A DNA stretch of 64,000 bases from Lachnospira sp. UBA4346 (GCA_002394205.1 DGTC01000027.1:1295-65294); one strand, 5' to 3'. Shown: positions 42,754 through 53,232, numbered from the stretch's first letter. Numbers and translations are program-made. The notes: generated from the sequence alone by a model not told the origin.

Positions 42754-43766
42754 ATCCGTTGATACCTTTTCAGTCCTTCCTCCATGCCAACCTCAACGAT
42801 TGAGGCATCTTTTTCTATGTATATCTGAAACTGTTTATCAATTGCCTTGCGCATATCGAAACTAAGATATTCCCAATACATTCCCAAAATTTCTTTAATT
42901 CCAAATACTGTTTGGGGTTCAATGGTACTCTGTCGGTTCTGCACAATGCGACTCATTTTCGATAACACCCATTGATTCAGGGCATGTCGATGAATCGTCT
43001 CAACCCACTGCGAACATATTAAATACATTTCATCATGATAGGAAACCCTTGATTCATAATATCGATTATAACCATTCGCATCTCTTTTGTGAATATCTAT
43101 GTCATCTTTTTCTGTGATTGGCTTCAATAACGGATAATTCAGTCCAAACATATTTTTACAATAAAATGCATCCTGAAATCCGCTAACCTCAGCCTCTGAA
43201 ACATCTCCCTGCAACAGTGCCGTTGTAAAAATTCCTCGTGCCATTTTGCCAATTTTAACTACATACTCCTGTAATTGTTCACTTGAAAGCTGTGCATATG
43301 CTTCCCCGCTTTCCTGCTCCATAATCATTTTCGCTTTGTTAATTGTCTCCGACCCTAATCTGGCTGATTCAATTACAAGCTGTAATGCGGCAATCTGAAG
43401 TCCTTCTTTAAAAATTTTCCTGGCTGTTGAACAGCGGCTTCTTCTTGATGCTAATGTATATGTTGTATCTGATAATGCAACTTCCGGATTATCATCCTCT
43501 TTTAAAATATAGTAGTAATCGACAAAAACCTTTTTCCCTACCTTATTTAAAAGCATCTCTAAACTTTCGGATGTGTCTTTGGATTCTTCAAAACGCTCCT
43601 GTGTCTTTCCAAACATTTGTTCAAATTGTTCAATTCGCATCAAAACATGTGTCGGACGATTATTTTCAAAAATATAAAGTTCTTCCTGCTGCTTTGCCTT
43701 TTCTTTTACATTTTCAAAATTCTTTAAATCATCTGCACTGATGATTCCTGAAAAATCCATCGGCAT
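42750..43766 (-). CDS. Multidomain hypothetical protein with a Phd/YefM-like N-terminus
   Basis: N-terminal IISADDLKNF...YIFENNRPTHVLMRIEQFE resembles Phd/YefM antitoxins. The remaining ~280 aa are unassigned. AGAGGT RBS. Confidence 0.65.
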   Translation of the reverse strand: MPMDFSGIISADDLKNFENVKEKAKQQEELYIFENNRPTHVLMRIEQFEQMFGKTQERFEESKDTSESLEMLLNKVGKKVFVDYYYILKEDDNPEVALSDTTYTLASRRSRCSTARKIFKEGLQIAALQLVIESARLGSETINKAKMIMEQESGEAYAQLSSEQLQEYVVKIGKMARGIFTTALLQGDVSEAEVSGFQDAFYCKNMFGLNYPLLKPITEKDDIDIHKRDANGYNRYYESRVSYHDEMYLICSQWVETIHRHALNQWVLSKMSRIVQNRQSTIEPQTVFGIKEILGMYWEYLSFDMRKAIDKQFQIYIEKDASIVEVGMEEGLKRYQRI

Positions 43767-43785
43767 AATCTACCTCTATTCTGCC

Positions 43786-44550
43786 CTACTCGGCATCATC
43801 ACTCATCAACTTTAATGGCAATGCAAGCAATACCGCACCACCTACAATATTACCAAGTGTTACAAAAACCATACTCTTCGCAACAAGTGCCATATCCAGT
43901 CCACCTAACAGTAAATAAGCCAGTGAAAATGTTCCCATATTTGCAACACAGTGTTCAAAACCTGCTACAACAAATGTCATAATAACACAGAACATAACAA
44001 TTAGTTTACCACTTTCTGACTTCATATGTGAGCCTGCAAAAACAGCAATGCATACACAGAAATTACATAAGATTCCACGTAAAAACAGCTGCATTGGCGA
44101 AATTGCAAGTTTTGCTGCAATAAATGTATTTAAATAATCAGTCAAAAGCTGCTTAGATGCACCACTTCCTACTAAAATAGCACTTAAAATAAATGCACCC
44201 ACAAAATTTCCAATAAAACTAACAGCCCAAACCATACATACATCTTTAACAGAACATTTCTTCTGATATGCTCCCATTGCCATTACCATATTATTTCCGG
44301 TAAATAACTCTCCACCAATAAATACAATTAAAATAATTGCAATTGAAAATAAAAGTGCACCTGTCAACTTCGCAAACTGCGGATATGTAGGATTCAAAAC
44401 TCCTGCGGATACGTCTGATAAAATAGTAGCAACTACAATAAAAAAACCTGCCATAATTGCGCGCATAAAATATTTTCCAAAATGCTCTTTACACACACGT
44501 GCTTTGTAGACGGCTGTTTCAGCCATAGATTCGACATCTTTTGTCAACAT
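43786..44550 (-). CDS. Formate/nitrite transporter family protein
   Basis: Motifs GGELFTGN, GNFVG, GILCNFCVC, GFEHCVAN, GNIVGG. Confidence 0.92.
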   Translation of the reverse strand: MLTKDVESMAETAVYKARVCKEHFGKYFMRAIMAGFFIVVATILSDVSAGVLNPTYPQFAKLTGALLFSIAIILIVFIGGELFTGNNMVMAMGAYQKKCSVKDVCMVWAVSFIGNFVGAFILSAILVGSGASKQLLTDYLNTFIAAKLAISPMQLFLRGILCNFCVCIAVFAGSHMKSESGKLIVMFCVIMTFVVAGFEHCVANMGTFSLAYLLLGGLDMALVAKSMVFVTLGNIVGGAVLLALPLKLMSDDAE

Positions 44551-44601
44551 TGTCTTAGACCTCTCTCATACTTTATTATTTTTTCATATTAAGCGTTAAT
44601 G

Positions 44602-44630
44602 AGTATAACATTTTTCGAACATATTTTCAA
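44602..44630 (-). promoter_or_regulatory. Putative sigma-A promoter of the FNT cluster, overlapped by an SOS-like box
   Basis: TTGAAA-17 bp-TATACT with an extended TG; GAAC-ATAT-TTTC at 44617-44628. Confidence 0.5.
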
Positions 44631-44781
44631 CCTTATATTAAAGGAGATATAAAAAAGTATTGCCTGAATATAAAATTTATGATAATTTTATTATATTATG
44701 CATATACAGCAATGCGTTATCATAATGCTATATTAACCTACTGCATTTGATAACACATGCAAATTTACAAGGAGATGAGTT

Positions 44782-46194
44782 ATGTTATCACAATTAAACA
44801 AAATCCTAACAACCATTGATGACCTCGTATGGGGACTGCCTTTGATTATTCTCATTTTGGCAGTCGGTATATTTTTGACTGTTCGTTTGAAGGGACTTCA
44901 AATTCGCAGACTGCCGCAAGCAATCAAAAACACCCTTGCAAGTAATTCCACATCTGAATCCGGGGAAGTATCCGGCTTTGCCGCTTTATGCACAGCACTG
45001 TCCGCAACGATTGGAACCGGTAATATTGTAGGTGTTGCAACTGCCATCGTATCCGGTGGTCCCGGTGCTTTATTCTGGATGTGGATTGCCGCCCTTGTTG
45101 GTACTGCCACAAAATATGCTGAGTGTCTGCTCGCCGTAAAATACCGTACTACAAATAAAGACGGGCACATTACCGGCGGTCCTTTTGCTTACATAGAACA
45201 CGGTATGGGGAAGAATTTCAAATGGCTCGCAAAAATTTTTGCTTTTTTCGGCGTAGGTGTCGGACTGCTTGGAATCGGTACATTTACACAGATAAATGGT
45301 ATTACCGGTGCCGTTAATAATTTCTTCGACAAAAATAACGAATGGACAATTGCGTTATTTGGTAAATCTTACTCTTGGACAGTTATTATTGCCGGTATCA
45401 TTCTTACTGTTTGTGTCGCTCTTGTTATTTTAGGCGGACTAAAACGTATCTCAGCTGTTGCCGAAGTTGTTGTTCCATTTATGGCTGTGACATATGTACT
45501 TGCCGCATTACTGATTCTTGTATGTAACTTCCGTGCAATTCCAGCTGCTTTTGTTGAAATTGTCCAGAGTGCCTTTGGTCTTCGTGCCGCTACCGGCGGT
45601 GCTGTAGGTGCTATGATTGTCGCTATGCAGAAAGGTATCGCACGTGGCATCTTCTCTAATGAAGCCGGTCTTGGTAGTGCACCTATTGCCGCTGCTGCTG
45701 CAAAAGCAGAATATCCGGCAGAACAGGGACTCGTGTCTATGCTCGGTACATTTATTGATACCATCATCATCTGTACCATGACTGGTCTTGCTATTGTTAT
45801 TACAGGTGCATGGGACATGGGCTTAGAAGGTGTCGCTGTTACGACAAAAGCATTTGAACTTGGACTTCCTGTTCCAGCTGTTGTTTCATCCTTTATTCTT
45901 ATGTTATGTCTTGTATTTTTTGCATTCACAACCATTTTAGGCTGGGATTATTACAGTGAAAAATGTTTAGAATACTTAGTAAATGATAATCAGAAAATTG
46001 TAAAGGCATATCGTGTTCTCTATATTTTCTGCGTGTTTATTGGTCCTTTTATGACTGTATCTGCCGTCTGGACGATTGCTGATATTTTCAATGGTCTTAT
46101 GGCTTTACCAAACTTAATCGCTTTGGTTGCATTAAGCGGTGTTGTCGTATCTGAATCAAAACTTTATTTCGACGCATTAAAAAAGAATAAATAA
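44782..46194 (+). CDS. Sodium:alanine/glycine symporter family protein
   Basis: Motifs ATIGTGNIVGVA, GGPGALFWMW, FSNEAGLGS, MALPNL. Confidence 0.93.
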   Translation: MLSQLNKILTTIDDLVWGLPLIILILAVGIFLTVRLKGLQIRRLPQAIKNTLASNSTSESGEVSGFAALCTALSATIGTGNIVGVATAIVSGGPGALFWMWIAALVGTATKYAECLLAVKYRTTNKDGHITGGPFAYIEHGMGKNFKWLAKIFAFFGVGVGLLGIGTFTQINGITGAVNNFFDKNNEWTIALFGKSYSWTVIIAGIILTVCVALVILGGLKRISAVAEVVVPFMAVTYVLAALLILVCNFRAIPAAFVEIVQSAFGLRAATGGAVGAMIVAMQKGIARGIFSNEAGLGSAPIAAAAAKAEYPAEQGLVSMLGTFIDTIIICTMTGLAIVITGAWDMGLEGVAVTTKAFELGLPVPAVVSSFILMLCLVFFAFTTILGWDYYSEKCLEYLVNDNQKIVKAYRVLYIFCVFIGPFMTVSAVWTIADIFNGLMALPNLIALVALSGVVVSESKLYFDALKKNK

Positions 46195-46231
46195 TACATA
46201 GTAAATAATCCAATAAAAATAACACATACAC

Positions 46232-46281
46232 GAAAACGGTACATATTCGATTGATTTTTCTCTCGAATATGTACCGTTTTC
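46232..46281. terminator. Bidirectional terminator
   Basis: Perfect 19-bp inverted repeat GAAAACGGTACATATTCGA between convergent genes. Confidence 0.8.
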
Positions 46282-46356
46282 TATCTAACGACTTATATAA
46301 TTCACGATATTCTATAAATCTTTATTTTATATTTGTTGTGTTCTTTTCGCTTTGTA

Positions 46357-47787
46357 CTATTTCTTTTCCTTTAATGCCGGAATCAGCGTCTTAACTAAGA
46401 ATACACAGAAGCAAACAAGTGCAAATATAATACCAATTGGATATGCAATCTTTGTTGAAAGTCTAAAGCCTTCATCTGCATAAAGGATATATGTACAACT
46501 TACTGCTGACATAAATGTTGCCGGAAGTGCAGCCATAAGTGATGAAATTGGTTTTGCAACTTTCGCATATTTTGCAAGATATACAGCTCCTGCCCATAAT
46601 ACAAACATTGCTAATGTCTGATTAGACCATGAGAAATATCTCCAAACAACCTGATAATCAATCAATGAAATCAAATATCCAATACCTAACAATGGAATAG
46701 AAAGGATTAATCTGTTCTTAATAATTTTCTGATCAATTCCAAACCAGTCAGAAATTGTAAGTCTCGCACTACGGAATGCTGTATCGCCTGATGTAATTGG
46801 ACATGCAATAACACCAACCATTGCAAGCACACCACCAACAGGACCAAGCAATGCCATTGACATATCATATACTGTTGATGAAGTACCACCGCCGGCTGCA
46901 AGTAATCCGCCAGTTCCTTCATAGAACGCTACACCTGCTGCTGCCCAAATCAATGCAATAATACCTTCTGAAACCATCGCACCATAAAATACTTTACGCC
47001 CCTTTGTTTCATTATCCAGACAACGGGCAATCATCGGAGACTGTGTTGCATGGAAACCTGAAATTGCACCACAAGCAACTGTTACAAACATTAACGGCCA
47101 AATTGGCTTTCCATTTGGATGAAGATTCTTCAATGTCATTTCCATCATAGGTCTTGTACCATTATTTAAAATCGTAGCACCACCAATTCCAAGTGCCATA
47201 ATAATTAAGCAAATACCAAATATCGGATATAACTTACCGATGATTTTATCAATTGGAAGCAATGTTGCAAGGAAGTAATATAACAATACGACAATTGTCC
47301 AAAATGTAATATTCATCCAGCTCGGTGTCAACTTAGCTAAAAGACCGGCAGGTCCAACCATAAATACAACACCAACCATAACCAGAAGAATAACAGAAAA
47401 TACTCTCATTACATTCTTCATAATCGGTCCAAGGTAAATACCAACAACCTCTGAAATACTTGCACCATCATTTCTAAGTGATAACATACCACTAAGGAAA
47501 TCATGCACACCACCTGCAAAGATTGTACCAAAAACAATCCAAAGGTATACACTAGGTCCCCATATTGCACCGGATAAAGCACCAAAGATAGGTCCTAAAC
47601 CTGCAATATTAAGCAGCTGAACCAAAAATGCCTTCCACAATGGCATCGGCATATAATCGACTCCATCCGGATGTGCAACCGCCGGAGTAACGCTATCTGC
47701 CTCTGGGCCAAACACTTTTTCAACAACTGTGCCGTATACAAAATATCCGACAATCAATACGGCGAGTGAAACAAAGAAACTAATCAT
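46357..47787 (-). CDS. cstA: Carbon starvation protein A family transporter
   Basis: Motifs NIAGLGPIFGA, GGVHD, ACGAISGFHATQSP, ITSGDTAFR, YFSWSNQ. Confidence 0.9.
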   Translation of the reverse strand: MISFFVSLAVLIVGYFVYGTVVEKVFGPEADSVTPAVAHPDGVDYMPMPLWKAFLVQLLNIAGLGPIFGALSGAIWGPSVYLWIVFGTIFAGGVHDFLSGMLSLRNDGASISEVVGIYLGPIMKNVMRVFSVILLVMVGVVFMVGPAGLLAKLTPSWMNITFWTIVVLLYYFLATLLPIDKIIGKLYPIFGICLIIMALGIGGATILNNGTRPMMEMTLKNLHPNGKPIWPLMFVTVACGAISGFHATQSPMIARCLDNETKGRKVFYGAMVSEGIIALIWAAAGVAFYEGTGGLLAAGGGTSSTVYDMSMALLGPVGGVLAMVGVIACPITSGDTAFRSARLTISDWFGIDQKIIKNRLILSIPLLGIGYLISLIDYQVVWRYFSWSNQTLAMFVLWAGAVYLAKYAKVAKPISSLMAALPATFMSAVSCTYILYADEGFRLSTKIAYPIGIIFALVCFCVFLVKTLIPALKEKK

Positions 47788-47900
47788 AAGTAACAACCCC
47801 TTTCTCTTTTAACTTTGTTTACATTTGATAAGAATTTTATAAATATTTCTCATCCGTTGTGTATATTTTACAAAGAATTTACAAAAATAAATACACTTTT

Positions 47901-47930
47901 TGCGTAAAAGGTTGTTTTTCATGTGTAAAA
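47901..47930. promoter_or_regulatory. Putative LytTR binding site upstream of cstA
   Basis: 9-bp direct repeats TGCGTAAAA and TGTGTAAAA with a 12-bp spacer. Confidence 0.5.
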
Positions 47931-47947
47931 TGTAAAAATTAACGATT

Positions 47948-48712
47948 CTATTCAAACATTTCTTTTAATTCTTTTACCTGTCCCCTGCCAACAGTTAAGA
48001 CAACCTCCTCATATCCTTTCATTTTTACACACGTCGTATTGTTAAACCATGGATATATTTCCAAAATATATTTTAACTGGATCAAATAACTTTTTTGAAT
48101 TCTAAAAAAAGAATATTCTTTTAATTTTTCTTCCAACATATTCATTGTATAATTGCAACTGTAACTTCCATGCAGCGTATGAATGATGCAGCTTCTATTT
48201 TCAATTTCAGCATATACAATATCACGTATATCCAGTAAAATCGTCTTTTTTTGTGTATTAATTGCCAGTTTCTTTTCTCTTCCACTCCCGAACTCATGCC
48301 CCAAACTGTGTTTGGTTTTTTCTGATAATTTTTTCACAATATCTTTTTGCTGTGCTAACTCATTCTGTACCCGAATAATCAATTTTTCAATTTTATGTTC
48401 TTCGTAAGGCTTTAAGATGTAACCGTATGCTTCTAAATCATAAGCCTCAGCTGCATGATCATTATATGCCGTTGCAAAAACGATTCTGACATTATTGTCC
48501 ATTTTTCGCAGCATTTTTGCCATTACAATTCCAGACATATCCAATAACTGAATATCTACAAATGCCAAATCCATCGGCTCATCCACTAAGTACTCCAATG
48601 CTTTTTCACCACTTGCAAATGCGCATATTTCAGCATCCTCACAATATTCTTTCACAATAGCTGTCAGCTCATCTCTAGCCGGCTTTTCATCATCAATGAT
48701 TGTAATTCTCAT
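47948..48712 (-). CDS. LytTR-family response regulator
   Basis: Receiver motifs IIDDE, FVDI, ATAY, LKP; LytTR motif FFRIQKSYLI. Confidence 0.92.
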   Translation of the reverse strand: MRITIIDDEKPARDELTAIVKEYCEDAEICAFASGEKALEYLVDEPMDLAFVDIQLLDMSGIVMAKMLRKMDNNVRIVFATAYNDHAAEAYDLEAYGYILKPYEEHKIEKLIIRVQNELAQQKDIVKKLSEKTKHSLGHEFGSGREKKLAINTQKKTILLDIRDIVYAEIENRSCIIHTLHGSYSCNYTMNMLEEKLKEYSFFRIQKSYLIQLKYILEIYPWFNNTTCVKMKGYEEVVLTVGRGQVKELKEMFE

Positions 48713-48714
48713 CT

Positions 48715-50436
48715 TTAACGTTCCTCTTTCTTGGGTATTATTATCTTTATTGTCGTTCCTTTGGATGATGTTTTAATCTTTAAACCATAAGCGGAACCAT
48801 ACATATTAACCAAACGCTTCTGTACATTGGCAAGTCCGACTTTATCCGAATCAAGATTCCCTGCATATAACGCCTGTACCAGTTCCTTTGGTATTCCTTC
48901 TCCACTATCCTGAATCGTTATTGTCAATTGTTTAACACTGTTTTTAACAAAAATCCCTACCGTTCCTTTCTCACGTTTCATTGCCCCATGCTTAATTGCA
49001 TTTTCTACAATCGGCTGCACAATCAAACTAGGTACCATGCAGTCAATGTCTTCCGGTACATTATAATCAACCTTTAACCGTTCCTCGAAACGTGCTTCCT
49101 CAATTGCCAAATATGACTGCACATGTTCCATTTCCTCTGAAAACGGAATCATATACTGTCCGCCGCCTTCTAGTGTTCTCCGAAAATAAATGCTCAAAGA
49201 AACAAGCAGCTGTCTTGCCCGCTCCGGCTTTGTTCTGCAAAAAGACGAAATGGTATTTAATGCATTAAACAAAAAATGGGGATTAATCTGCGACTGCAAC
49301 GCTTGAAATTCTGCCTTTTGCAACATTCGTCGCTGTTCTTCAAAATCATTAAGCGCAAGCTGCGTTGCAAAAATCTTTGCAATTCCATCTATAAAATCAA
49401 TATGTCTGACATTAGACACCTGATACTTATCTGTAAAAATCCCAATACATCCCCACAAATGATCTGCAACTTCTAATGGAGCTACCGCAATATCATACTG
49501 CTCGATAATACTTGAAAAGATCTTCTGTGAATCATCACGTTCTTTTAGATATTCATAATATTGAACCGTATCCTCTTTCGCTGTACGCAAAATAAATTCA
49601 GAACAATTCTTCTGTGCTGAAATCTCTATCATATTATGTTTTTTATCCATATAACAGACATATCTTAATCGTTCATCGTCTGCAAAAAATACGCCTCCAT
49701 ATTCCGATGCATGAAATAATGTCTGACATATTTTTTTAATATTCGCATCACTTTTCAAGCCTTCCCTCAAATACGGAAGGCACTGATCTGTAATGTCAAA
49801 AACCGTTCGAATATTCGCGGCAGACTCGGTATCATTATGCCGTAACTCTGCCTGAAATGATGTAAGAAAAATCATCAGTCCAAATGAATTACATACAATC
49901 ATCGGAAATGCAATCACTGTAACAGTTTCCTGTGCCGCCTCGTAAGGCTTTGCAACAAGTAAAATAATTATCATTTGTAATAATTCTGCAAGAAATCCAA
50001 CCAAAAAAATCTCTATTTTTTCCCAACGTTTTTGTTTCAAAAATCGATACCCAAACGCACCAATAAAGCCTTCTAAAATGGAGGAAACAGCACATGCAAG
50101 CGACGTTAACCCTGATGGATCAACAAAATAGCGGTGAATTCCTGCAATGAAGCCTGCTCCTATTCCAACAAAAGGACCACCTATCATTCCACCTGAAATA
50201 ATGCAAATTACCCTTGTATTGACATTCGCCCCATATACACCAATCCCCATATATGTAGAGCAAATTCCCATTCCGCCAAAAATAAGCGTCATTACAATCC
50301 GATTGATATAATAATTTCTTCCATAGTCCCTGCCAAGCATCAAATCTTTTGCCGGCTGGAATCGAATCAGCATATTTCCAACAACTACCAAAAATGATAT
50401 ATTAAACACAAAATTTTTAAAAATTTCAAAAATCAC
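48715..50436 (-). CDS. LytS/YehU-family sensor histidine kinase
   Basis: 5TM N-terminus, LQSQINPHFLFNALN, QPIVENAIKHG. Confidence 0.92.
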   Translation of the reverse strand: MIFEIFKNFVFNISFLVVVGNMLIRFQPAKDLMLGRDYGRNYYINRIVMTLIFGGMGICSTYMGIGVYGANVNTRVICIISGGMIGGPFVGIGAGFIAGIHRYFVDPSGLTSLACAVSSILEGFIGAFGYRFLKQKRWEKIEIFLVGFLAELLQMIIILLVAKPYEAAQETVTVIAFPMIVCNSFGLMIFLTSFQAELRHNDTESAANIRTVFDITDQCLPYLREGLKSDANIKKICQTLFHASEYGGVFFADDERLRYVCYMDKKHNMIEISAQKNCSEFILRTAKEDTVQYYEYLKERDDSQKIFSSIIEQYDIAVAPLEVADHLWGCIGIFTDKYQVSNVRHIDFIDGIAKIFATQLALNDFEEQRRMLQKAEFQALQSQINPHFLFNALNTISSFCRTKPERARQLLVSLSIYFRRTLEGGGQYMIPFSEEMEHVQSYLAIEEARFEERLKVDYNVPEDIDCMVPSLIVQPIVENAIKHGAMKREKGTVGIFVKNSVKQLTITIQDSGEGIPKELVQALYAGNLDSDKVGLANVQKRLVNMYGSAYGLKIKTSSKGTTIKIIIPKKEER

Positions 50437-50549
50437 GTACTCTTATCCCTTTTCATACACATTTTAAATTATTTTACATCATTTTCTCTATCATTTCAAA
50501 TTCATTTCCCTTTTATCATTAACTGTTTCTTTTTCACGCAATCTATCTT

Positions 50550-51395
50550 TTATCCTAAAATCCGCACAACCTTTCCTGATTCAATCCGATATGAATTTCC
50601 ATCAACCTCTATCCACACATCAATTGCTGTAGGATTTTCAATACAAGATGCATCTGCAGAATATATCAATTGCTTATATGCCTCTACATAACGATATATT
50701 TCCATATTTGTCGCATACCAAATATCTGTATGATTTGCCATTTTTTCTAAAAAATCATCCATCCTTTCCCAATCATCAAATGCATCCATCTCATATGTAT
50801 GCCCCCATACATAAAATACCTGTGCTGCACGCTCATTTGACAAAAATGCTTCTGCCAAATCAAATAATTTTTCATCTGTATGATGACACGTCGGATGCCA
50901 TTTCAGAAAATTATCCGGCAATGAAAATGCATATGTCGGTTTTGTCGTTCTTGCATACACAACACCACACGATTGTAAAATATCTGCAACACCGTCAGAA
51001 AATGTTCCCATCGGATATGCCATCCCCCGTATCGGCCGCTTGAAAATTCTTTCTAACTGTGCTTTATTTTCAATCACTTCATAAGCAACTGCCGGTGCCG
51101 GCAATGTCACTAAATCCGGATGCGTATGCGAATGTAACGCTACTTCGCAGCCATCATATATACTCATCAAATCTTCTTCCCGGAATTTATAATGTGCACA
51201 CGATACTCCCGGTTGGTTGAGCCAGTCTCTATCCCCTAATAAGCCTGTATTAATGTTAAATGTACCTTTTAATTGATATTTTTTTAACATTTCTATAAAT
51301 TTCTGATCCTGTTCCACGCCATCATCAAAACTTAGCGTAAATGCTTTTCTTCTTCCTTGTGGAAACAGCATATAATCTCTTCGCAACCGTAACAT
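50550..51395 (-). CDS. Polysaccharide deacetylase family protein
   Basis: Motifs TLSFDDG, HSHTHP, AYPMG, WGHTYE. Start placed at ATG 51395 after AGGAGG. Confidence 0.88.
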   Translation of the reverse strand: MLRLRRDYMLFPQGRRKAFTLSFDDGVEQDQKFIEMLKKYQLKGTFNINTGLLGDRDWLNQPGVSCAHYKFREEDLMSIYDGCEVALHSHTHPDLVTLPAPAVAYEVIENKAQLERIFKRPIRGMAYPMGTFSDGVADILQSCGVVYARTTKPTYAFSLPDNFLKWHPTCHHTDEKLFDLAEAFLSNERAAQVFYVWGHTYEMDAFDDWERMDDFLEKMANHTDIWYATNMEIYRYVEAYKQLIYSADASCIENPTAIDVWIEVDGNSYRIESGKVVRILG

Positions 51396-51574
51396 AATCA
51401 ATTTCCTCCTTATATTTTTTTCTTATATCTTTTCTTATAGAACTGTTTTTCATTTTTTATAAAGATTCAGACATCAAAAACGGAAGTTCTCTATAATATA
51501 AAAGAGTTGCACAGTTCCTTATCAGAATGTGCAACTTTTATTTCTTAATGAAAAATCCCCTTATTCAGATTATT

Positions 51575-51889
51575 TTAATCCAAATGGAATACCGGCTTCA
51601 AATCCCCACACACCGGACTATTATCTTCATGAACATCCATTAATGGAGCCATATAATCCCACCATTTACGGTTAATTGGTGTATCTGCTGACTTTGCCCA
51701 TAATTTCTCACTCTCAATTTCAATATAACCATAAAGAATATGGGTATCCGAATCTAAGAAAATGGAATAATTTCTTCCTCCATACTCATGAATCATCGCC
51801 TGCATTTCCGGCCATAATTCACGATGTCTTTTCTCATATTCAGCCTCACATCCTTCATGCAAAAACATCTTAAATGACTTCCGAATCAT
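51575..51889 (-). CDS. rhaM: L-rhamnose mutarotase
   Basis: Motifs EYEKRH..LWPE, NYSIFL, KWWDYM, VFHLD. Confidence 0.93.
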   Translation of the reverse strand: MIRKSFKMFLHEGCEAEYEKRHRELWPEMQAMIHEYGGRNYSIFLDSDTHILYGYIEIESEKLWAKSADTPINRKWWDYMAPLMDVHEDNSPVCGDLKPVFHLD

Positions 51890-51988
51890 TCTGCTTACAC
51901 ATCATTCCATTCCTTTATTGTAAATTTGGGAATTGGAATCATTCTCCTTTCTCATTCCTTGTCTACATTTTAAATATAAACCATCATT

Positions 51989-53122
51989 CTAATCTTCCAA
52001 TGCAGCAAGTGCTTCTACAAGTGCAAGAATTGTGAGCGACTGACCATATGCCATCGGCGCAATTAAAATATTTTTATAATGATTTGCATCATATCCCATA
52101 CCTGTACCACCTGATACATTCAATACCGTACCGTCTTTATCAATATTCTTTAAAATTGCCTCAATGGCTTTTCGCGCCGGTTCTCTAAAGGAATCATCTA
52201 AAATACCATACTTCAAACCTTTTAAAATACCTGCTGCAATCGCTGCGCTGCCTGATACTTCTTCATAGCTGGTAGGATCATCTAATACCGTATGCCACAA
52301 TCCGCTCTTACTCTGTAACTTCTTTAATGCTTCTGCCTGTGCCTTGTATACATTCAAAATATACTTTTTAAGACCTGTGTTCATCGTTCCCTTATATGCA
52401 TCAATATAATCAAGAATACCTAGCGTAAACCAGCTGTTACCACGGCACCAGAAAATACCGCCGAAATTATTTTTTTCATTAAATGTCCATCCATGATAAA
52501 ACAGTCCTGTCTGCTTATCACTCAAATACCGAATATGCATCATAACCTGAAAAATAGATTCATCAATCCAGTCCTGACGATGATATTTCTGTCCCATCTT
52601 ATTCAGGAACAAAACAGTCATAAAAATAGTATCAATCCACATTTCATTTTCATTTAAACGAACACCCTGTCTGTCACCATTCGCACTGGTTACATGCTGA
52701 AATCCGCCCTCTTTTGTTCTTGGAAGACATTCCATCAGCCAATCCGCCCAATTAAGACACAGCTTTTCAAATTCTTTGTCCTGATAATATTCATTTAACT
52801 CTACCAACGTAAGAAGCGGTGTTGTTGTATTAATATTTTTTGAAGGAAGTCCATTGCTGATATTTTCTTTGAACCAGTCATACAGGAATTTCTTATATTC
52901 CTCGTTATCCTGCAATTTCATAATATTAAGCAATCCATAAAGACCAACTCCCTGTGGCCAGTCCCACTCTTTAATACCAAAATCTCGCTTAAAGAATCCG
53001 ATTGCTTCTCCACCTTTTTCTAATTCATCATTATTATCCGGTCCATCTAAATTCAACAACTTATCAATAACCAGATCTAATTTTGCCTGAATATCTGCTT
53101 TTGTCATATTTTTTGTTGCCAT
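51989..53122 (-). CDS. GH105 unsaturated rhamnogalacturonyl hydrolase (YteR-like)
   Basis: Motifs WDWPQGVGLYG, MWIDTIFM, GLFYHGW, FWCRGNSW, EVSGSA, YGQ. Confidence 0.88.
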   Translation of the reverse strand: MATKNMTKADIQAKLDLVIDKLLNLDGPDNNDELEKGGEAIGFFKRDFGIKEWDWPQGVGLYGLLNIMKLQDNEEYKKFLYDWFKENISNGLPSKNINTTTPLLTLVELNEYYQDKEFEKLCLNWADWLMECLPRTKEGGFQHVTSANGDRQGVRLNENEMWIDTIFMTVLFLNKMGQKYHRQDWIDESIFQVMMHIRYLSDKQTGLFYHGWTFNEKNNFGGIFWCRGNSWFTLGILDYIDAYKGTMNTGLKKYILNVYKAQAEALKKLQSKSGLWHTVLDDPTSYEEVSGSAAIAAGILKGLKYGILDDSFREPARKAIEAILKNIDKDGTVLNVSGGTGMGYDANHYKNILIAPMAYGQSLTILALVEALAALED

Positions 53123-53232
53123 ATTTTTCCTCTTTCCATACACTACATTTGTCCGTTTTCGTATCTATGCATTATAGCAACAGACACGAAAACGAATCAA
53201 GATTGTATTTATTATTTTTATATTAATTTTAT

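Noticed and set aside
44640-44781. Glycine riboswitch upstream of the symporter
   Set aside because: The conserved GGAGA...CCGAAG and CTCAGG aptamer motifs are not visible.
45369-45935. 188-aa - strand ORF
   Set aside because: Fully antisense to the well-supported symporter gene.
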